Source of the DNA: the human T2T-CHM13v2.0 reference genome, Homo sapiens
Assembly (NCBI RefSeq): GCF_009914755.1
Contig: NC_060944.1
Strand: one strand, 5' to 3'
DNA length: 64,000 nt
The notes under the pieces were generated by a model. That model was not told the origin of the DNA, ran no database searches, and saw only the letters and a program-made list of their open reading frames with translations. Below, piece after piece: positions 53,941 through 64,000 of the stretch. Positions within the stretch are counted from its first letter, which is position 1. Each line of letters opens with the position of its first letter. Made by a program: the position numbers and the translations under genes.

Positions 53941-54461
53941 ATGGGATAAGAGTCTTGTTTTATCGGATTTTGGGGAAGATTAAAATGGTTAATAGAACTA
54001 GAGAATTTAGAAGAGGGCTTGGCACTAAGTGCAATATAAGTATTAGCTGCTATTATTACCTAATCCTCAATGAACCTTGCAAAGTAGCTGTTACCATTTC
54101 CATTTGTGAGATGAGAAAACTGAGACTTAGAGGAGTTAGATGGCTTTTCCAAGGTCACACAACAAGGAAGGAGTAAAATCAGTTTTGGAATCCAGTTCTC
54201 TTTACCCTGTGTCACCCGCTGGCTCTCCCGTGATGAGGGAGGTGGAGCCTGGGAGGTTTTGAGCTAAATGTGGGCAGGTTTGCCTTTTTACAAAGTGCAT
54301 CGTGCTGCCATGAGGAGACAGGGCGAGGACACCCAATTGGGCAGCAGCAATATTGGTAGCAGGGAACCCAGAGAGAAGGTGTATTGGGCATGTTTACCGC
54401 CATTCCAGTCGCCATGTCCCCACATGGCAAGGTGGGTGTTTGGAAACTTTCCCTCCCCTCA

Positions 54462-54755
<294 letters not shown>

Positions 54756-55331
54756 TCAAACAAAAAAGCTGAAGAAAAAGCCTATTTTTGTCCCCTTTCC
54801 TCCTTCCTACAATATGAGGTTGTAATGGTTAGAATTAGAATCCTGGGTGATGTGGCTGAGCTGCTGAAGGAATTGCAGGGCTGCCCAACTGCAGACATCT
54901 GAAGACATGAGATAATGTGCCTGTTGCTTAAGTTGTTCTTAAAGGTAGGTTTTTGTTACCTACCACCAAAAAGCATACCTAATAGATACAGGAAGCTGAC
55001 GCAGTGGTTCGGTTGAGAGGCATGTAGACCTGACAGATCCACAATGTCCATTCGTGAACTCTCTTTTCAAGTGGGAAAACACTAGGGCTGGTTTGGAATC
55101 TCTGGGATGTAAAAGGCATGAGTAGTTTGAAAAAGTATATTCAAAAGGTGAAAAAACAAAAATTATATAATGTTATCCACAACCTTCAATTTCCTATTTA
55201 TAGTTAAGGAACCCCCCCAACCTCGTGCTACAGTTTTTGTAGCATAAGCTGCAGAAAGTAAAGCTGACAAACTGTCGACAGGAAGGACTGTGGACTTGCA
55301 GAAGACAGAGAGGAGAAGGGATGTGTGGTTA

Positions 55332-55613
<282 letters not shown>

Positions 55614-56383
55614 CTAAAAACAAACAAACAAACAAACAAACAAACAAACAGGATGTGTGATGCATTTGCTAGTGAAATTCTATGGCATTTATGTGGAGTC
55701 ATGGCTCCCTGAGGTGTGTCTAGCCATGGCGCTGAGACATCTTATTTAATGTCTGATGTAGTTTCCGAAATATACAGTCAAAAAGCGGTGGGGATGGGTG
55801 GGCAGGGGGTCTTGGTGTACTTCATTAACTCACTCTATCAATGGACATCTAAGTTGTTTCCATTGGCTTCTTCTGATACAATTTTTGTAATGTCTTAATT
55901 TTGTATTATATGTTACTTCTGTGGTCAAGGAAAAAGGAATGAAAACTGGGGTTTGGGGCAGGGAGGTGGGGGGACAAAAAGGATGTTTCCTTAACGTATA
56001 AAGAGCCCTTGAAACTCATTAAGAAAAAATAACTCAAAGATGACAGTTACAGCAAATATTTATTGAGCATTTGCCATATTCCAGGAACATGGTATTTTGC
56101 ATATAATAATGTATTTAATCTTCACACCTATCCTATGAGGTAGGTACCATTATTATTCCCATTTTGCAGGTGAGGAAACTGAGACACAGAACGGTTAAGT
56201 AACTTGCCCAAAGTCACAAGCTTGTAAGTGGCAGAACTGGGATTTGAACCCTACACTCTTAACCAATGCTACCCTCCCTTCCAAGAAAAATAGGAAAAGG
56301 ACATGAACAGATGAGGAAATGCAAATGCATTTTAAACTCACAGTAAGATACCCAATCTCACAAAACATATTGTATTTCAGTGA

Positions 56384-56647
<264 letters not shown>

Positions 56648-57537
56648 TGATCCGCCCAAAGTGCTGGGATTACAGGCGTGAGCTACCACACCCAGCCACA
56701 TTTTTACATGTGAACTTCTGAAATCAGGATGCATCTTAGAATCAGTGACATCTTAGAATCAATGAAATACAGTAAGAGGAATGCAAATTAAAACCACCTA
56801 TCAGATTGGCAAAGAACAAAACATTTGATAACACGCTGTGTTGGCAAGGGTGTGAGGAAACAGGGACTCTGAAAACTTGTGAACTTAAACCGGCATGGCC
56901 TCTGGAAGACAATTTGGTATGCACTATCAAAATTTAAAACACACTCGTGGTTCAAGCCTGTAATCCCAGCAGTTTGGGAGTCTGAGGCAGGAGGATTGCT
57001 TGAGCACAGGAGTTTGAGACGAGTCTGGGCAACAAAGCAAGACCCCCGTCTCTAAAAATAATAAAAAAAAATTAGCTCAGCATGGTGGCATGCACCTGTA
57101 GTCCCAACTACTTGGGATGGGAGGCTGAGAGAGGATAGCTTGAGCCCAGGAGGCAGAGGCTGTAGTGAGCTGGGATTGCACCACTGCACTCTAGCCCAGG
57201 TAATAGAGCAAGACTTTGTCTCAAAAAAAAAAAAAAAAAAAAAGTCAAGTCCATTCCATCCTGAAGGTGGAACACTATGCAGCTGTAAAAAATAATAATG
57301 GTTTGTGAACATTAATGATAACACTATCTCCAAAATATATTAAGTGAAAAAAGGCAAGGTGCAGAACTGTGTGCATAATATCCTACATATTGTGTGAAAA
57401 GGAGTGGGGCAGACATACCCCTCTGCCTACATAAGGCATTGCAAGTGTCTTGTCAAAATGATGGCCTCTAAGGAGGGGAACTGAGTACCTGAGGGAACAT
57501 GAATGGGGAGCAATTTACCCTTCATTCTAGACTAGGG

Positions 57538-58160
<623 letters not shown>

Positions 58161-58459
58161 TCTAGCCCTGTTTATATTATTTGATATGAGCCACTGTACC
58201 CGGCGTGATTCTTATTCTTTACCTATGCAAGCATTACCTATTGCTTATATAGCAATATATATATTGCTATATATATATATATATACCCATATATATATGT
58301 GGGTAGCTTGAAAAATATTTTTGGTTTATCAAAGGAGGGTTGGCTGGGCGCGGTGGTTCATGCCTGTAATCCCAACACTTAGGAAGGCTGAGGTGGGCCG
58401 ATCGCTTGAGCTCAGGCGTTCGAGACCAGCCTGGGCAACATGGTGAAACCCCATCTCTA

Positions 58460-58735
<276 letters not shown>

Positions 58736-59699
58736 TCACTACAGCTCCCCCGGTTGAGCTGGAAACCCATGTTTGCCCTGCATGCCACTACCCTGTGCCA
58801 CCACCAGACAGCAGCACATGCCTACCTGAAACCAAGCCATCCCACAGCAGCTGGGAGGGAGGCTGCAGGCAGTTGGCCTATGCACTCATTTTGTTTTGCC
58901 CACAGTACGTTTTAAACACGGAGCCAGCATTTTTAAAGTTTAGATTTCTGGCTCCTGTTTAACCAGCTGCTGTGAGTAGCAGCTGCCCTTTAGGCCTGAT
59001 GTCTCCAGGTCATCCCAGTCCCCAGCGTCAGCGGCCCTTTCTCAGGCATGCTGCAGTTGCCTCATAGTGGACACATTTCTCACGTGCCACCTGTCTCACC
59101 TCCCTCTCCACAATGGGAGCGTTAAAGCACAGGGGCTTTGGGTCAGACGCTGGCTCAAATCCTGATTCTGCCACCTACCAGCTGTGTGACCTTGGGCATA
59201 TTACATGACCTCTGTGCCTCAGTTTCCCCATCTGCAAATGGTGCAAAGAGTACTCACTTCTCAGAGCTGCAGGGACTGCTTGACAGGACCCATGCCAGAG
59301 CTCTCTGCACAGTCTGGTGCAAAGTTAAGTGCTCAGTAATATTAAGTAGCATTTTCCCCTGTCTGGCCCTCATAGGCACTTGTTTGCAAGTCCCTGATCT
59401 CACAAGTGGCCCCAACACTCTCAGACCCAATGCAGCGCACCTTCTGGTTTTGAGAAGGATTTTTTTCCAGCCCCCAGAATTCAGAAGTGAAATGGTCTGA
59501 GTCTGAGGGCTGCTCTACCCTTACTACCTGTGGGACCTTGGGGGAGTCACTTTACCTCTCTGGACTCAGGCTGAGGGTTTTTTTTCTGTCGGCTCCAGGG
59601 GAACTGACACAGATTGGTGGGGCCTGGAAACCAACACCACAGTGGTGAGGCTACTCCTATGGCCTCTAAAGAATTTAGCTGCCTGTCCCATCCACCATT

Positions 59700-60110
59700 G
59701 ACTTCTTTTTGTAGTAATGCCTTAGGAAGAGGTGATCACAACCCTGCAAATCCAGATGGACATTTTTCAGCCCTGGGCAACCAGAGCATTTCACCCCACT
59801 GGCCAATGTGATTGGTTCAGGGATGGGCACGTGACCCAGTCCAGACCAATGAGAGCCTGCCCTGGGACTTCCACTGCAACTACTGGGAATGCACTTTCCA
59901 CTGAGATTGCTGAGCTGGTCTAGTAAGTCTCAACTCAAAGAGAAAAACAGAGCTTAGAGAGACCACGTTTTGATGAATCATGTGAGCCCCTGGGTCCTGC
60001 CAAACCTTAATTCAGAACACCTGTAGACTTTTCCGTTTTATGAGCTAATACGATTATTTTAGCTGTTTACTTTAAATTTCTGTCATTTATGAGTTGTCGA
60101 ATTCTAACAC
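59700..60110 (+). mobile_element. Old MLT1-like LTR fragment
   Basis: tgattggttcagggatgggcacgtgacccag...ccaatgaga motif typical of old MLT1 elements. Confidence 0.55.
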
Positions 60111-60999
60111 CCTTCCTTGTGTGGTCCCCTCAGGCATAGTCACAAATCAAAAGTCTAGTTGGCAAAGGAAAATGGCATTATGGGTCACGTTTTAAAAAAT
60201 AAATGTCATGGCTGGACGCAGTGGCTCATGCCTGTAATCCCAACACTTTGGGAGGCCAAGGTGGGTGGATCACCTGAAGTCAAGAGTTGGAGACCAGCCT
60301 GGCCAACATGCTGAAACCCCATCTCTACTAAAAATACGAAAATTAGCCGGGCATGGTGGTGGGCGCCTGTAATCCCAGCTACTCAGAAATGTCATTATCT
60401 GTGACTGCTCTGGAGTCCTTTAGGCATTTCCCTGTCCCCAACAGGCTTTCTTTTTTCTGGCTAATATTGCAGAAACTATCTAGCCTAGACTAGCTATTGA
60501 CTATGTCTGTAGCGTTCACTACAGAATCGCAGTACCTAGTTCATAGGAGATGCCTTATAATTACTTATTCAACAAATAAACAAGTTACTAATTGGTCTAT
60601 AATGTCCTGACCCGGTGCAGTGGCTCATACCTAAAATTCCAGCACTTTGGAAGGCCAAGGCGGATCACTTGAGGCCAGGAGTTCAAGACCAACCTGGACA
60701 ACATAGTGAGACCCCATTTCTTTAAAAAAAAAAAAAAAATAGCCAAGCCAGGTGTGGCAGCATGTGCTAGTCCCAGCCACTCATGAGGATCGTTTGTGTC
60801 CAGGAGTTCAAGGTTGCTGTGAGCTATTACACCTCACCTCTGCACTTTAGCCTGGGTGACAGAGCATGACCCTGTCTCTAAAAACATAGTAATAAATACA
60901 AATAAATAAAATGACCAGCAGGTCCCCACTCACCTCAGCCTATGAGTCTCTGTATACCAAATCCATGTTTTCCCAACCTTGTCTTCCATTTTTCCTTAG

Positions 61000-61218
<219 letters not shown>

Positions 61219-61355
61219 TAATTTTTGTAAATTTTAGTAGAGACAGGGTTTCACCATGTTGGCCAGGCTGGTCTAGAACTCCTGACCTCAGGTGATCTGT
61301 CCGCCTCAGCCTCCCAAAGTGCTGGGATTACTGGCGTGAGCCACTGTGCGTGGCC

Positions 61356-61710
61356 CCAAGCTTGTTCTTGCCTCAGGGCCTGTGTACTTGCTGTCCCATC
61401 AAGAGGCCTCTTCCCTCACTTCTTTCGTGTCTGACCTCCTCTCCTCCCCCAGGTCTCAGCTCAGAGGCCCTTCATGACCACCCTGCCAAAGCAGCACCGA
61501 CCCTGCTTTTCCGCTGTGGTTCTGTCCTGTTTGATTTTCTTCACAAATCACCACCTGAATTTCCATGTGCATTTATTTGTTTATTGACTCTTTTCCCAGG
61601 AGGTCAGCTCCACCAGGATAGGTCTTTGTTGGTTCTTTCACCGCTGTACCTGTGTACAGGACAGAGCCTGGCACACACCAGGTGCCAGTGAATATTTGCT
61701 GAAGGAAGTC
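61356..61710 (+). mobile_element. L2 3' fragment just downstream of the PEDS1 UTR
   Basis: tcttgcctcagggcctgtgtacttgctgtccc...agagcctggcacac...gtgaatatttgctgaa. Confidence 0.65.
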
Positions 61711-61949
61711 ACAAATAGGGATCAGCCATCATTACTTTATCATCATGATCAACAGGAAAGACCACTGTCCTCACCCAATCCCCTCCAAAAGGCTTTGAAG
61801 CAGATGTCAACATTAATTCACTGTCTCAGGTGACAGCTCTCATCCTGAGGCCAGGGTTGGGGGGAGCTGGGAATGGGGCGAGAGTGGGGCCTCACGTCCC
61901 AGGCTCCTTGATACCCCCCACCCCACCCAGCCAGGAAACACCACGAGGC

Positions 61950-62847
61950 AGCCAAGGTTAAGTAGACTCTTGCTGCTTTGTTATAAATATATTATGTACA
62001 TCCAAAACATGACATTAAAATATTACTCCGTGTTACAGAAAAGATATTAAGGCTTTCTATTATTTACATTAAACAAGCAAGCACCTTTAAAAAAAAACAA
62101 AACAAAAAAGCCCTACTCTTCCTTCTCTGACATACTCTGGCCAGAGGGGATACCGTGTCCTCTTCCAAATGACCAAGATGCTCTGCAGGGGCTGTGCCCT
62201 GTGAAGACATCTTGGTATTGGAAACATCAGCTCTGGCAGGGTGGGGGCAGCAGAGAAGTAGGGGTCTAGACTTGAGCAGGAGGTTCCAGCCTCTTCTGGC
62301 CGGCTACCCTCAGACCCCTGCTGAGCTTCACCATCCTTGGGGGACAGGCTAGGCTGAAGGTGGTGGCTGGGGCTGTCCACCTGCCCAGCCTCCCGGGGTC
62401 AGTATGCAGGGCTGTGGCAGAACAATGCTCCACGACGCTTAGGTGTGCCTGGGGGCTCCCCAGACCACTGGGGCCAGACAAGGAGGGAAAGAGGCAACTC
62501 ACTGGCCCCAACGCCAGCCACACTGAAGGGCTGCCCAGCGGGGCAGGGACGGCAGGCGTGCAGGGAGTGGGTAAACCTCCTCTCTACCAGGGGAGGCTGG
62601 CAGAGTCAGGCTTGCAGATAGAGCAACTCAGGTGGCTGAGGAGGGGCCGAGGAAAAAAAAAAAAAAGAAATGAAAAATCAGTGGCTCAAGTATTCTGTGT
62701 CATGAGGGGTGGGCTGGGGTACCTGGGCCCAGCCCAGGAGATGTCCTCTCCATCTGGAGGGGCCAGCTCAAAGAGGCTGGAATTTGGCAGATGGCTTCGG
62801 TTTGGGGGCTAGGGAAGGTTGGCAACCAGGTAGCAGGCTCGGAGAAG
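61950..62847 (-). other. PEDS1: PEDS1 3' UTR (end approximate)
   Basis: Unique sequence after the stop, ending in an AU-rich patch (61975-62110) with UGUA motifs and variant hexamers. Confidence 0.7.
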
Positions 62848-62969
62848 TTATTTGATCTTCTGGGCCCATTTCATGTCATCTGCCCGAGGCTTCTCGCCCG
62901 TCAGGCCCTGGATGAGGTCCTCCAGGCGTCGCCAGAAGCCTATCTTCTCCAGAGGGTAGTTGAGCCAGC
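62848..62969 (-). CDS. PEDS1: PEDS1 (TMEM189/Kua, plasmanylethanolamine desaturase) last coding exon: (G)WLNYPLEKIGFWRRLEDLIQGLTGEKPRADDMKWAQKIK*
   Basis: Acceptor CCATTTCTACTGCAG|GC (phase 1) and TAA at 62848-62850. C-terminal peptide recognised. Earlier exons lie beyond the window end. Confidence 0.93.
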
Positions 62970-63038
62970 CTGCAGTAGAAATGGCAGCGGGAGTTTGAAT
63001 GGGAGAGAGTAGTCAAGGGGACATTGGAAGAGAGCTGA

Positions 63039-63506
<468 letters not shown>

Positions 63507-64000
63507 TAGCTGAGACTACAGGTGCACACCACCATGCCCAGCTAAGTTTTGTATTTTTAGTAGAGACTAGGTTTCACCATGTTGGCCAGGATGGTCTCGA
63601 TCTCTTGACCTCGTGATCCACCCGCCTCGGCCTCCCAAACTGCTGGGATTACAGGCATGAACCACTGAGCCTGGCTCTATTTACAATTTTTTTAATGCAG
63701 ATGGGGTCTTGTCTTATATAGGCTGGTCTTGAACTCCTGGGCTCAAGCAATCCTCTCGCCTTGGCTTCCTAAAGTGCTGGGATTACACGCGTGAACCACC
63801 ATGACAGGCCACCCTCTTTCATTTCTTTATAGCCTTTATGATAACCTGTAACCATCTTCGTTAATTCTCTATTTTCCTGTTCTGTGTTTGTTCACCCCCC
63901 AATCCCCAACTGGAACGTTATCCCCAAAATGCAAAACACCATGTTCTTTCACTGCTGATCCTCAGTGCTTAGAATACAGCCAGGCGCAGAGTAGGTGCTG

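Noticed and set aside
62848-62865. Possible dilysine ER-retrieval signal at the PEDS1 C-terminus (AQKIK)
   Set aside because: Lysines at -1 and -3 do not match KKxx or KxKxx.

Overview
Alu-dense primate (human-like) genomic DNA matching the PEDS1(TMEM189/Kua)-UBE2V1 locus; I recognise this as human 20q13.13 from the protein sequences, not from a database search. All genes are on the minus strand. The window holds the complete UBE2V1 gene. Its CpG-island first exon (coding 50894-50915) splices to exons at 34456-34604, 21769-21894 and 20408-20554, giving the 147-aa UEV1A; tandem AATAAA sites lie at 19026 and 18787. An alternative upstream coding exon (53272-53362) lies inside an antisense MIR. 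The last coding exon and 3' UTR of PEDS1 (62848-62969) sit upstream. Bases 1-18.7 kb are intergenic and repeat-rich, with an orphan CpG-rich element carrying a near-perfect CTCF site at 9061. Almost all ORFs in the supplied track are Alu-derived or random. I find no convincing wholly new gene system. The most interesting observations are: the MIR-derived exon readable in two frames; a candidate poison exon 137 nt downstream of exon 2; a non-canonical PEDS1 poly(A) region that may explain the known PEDS1-UBE2V1 read-through; a ~420-bp inverted Alu-dimer pair sharing private mutations; and several short locally templated duplications, one embedded in a palindromic AT-rich minisatellite. Repeat boundaries and subfamilies were assigned by eye and are approximate.
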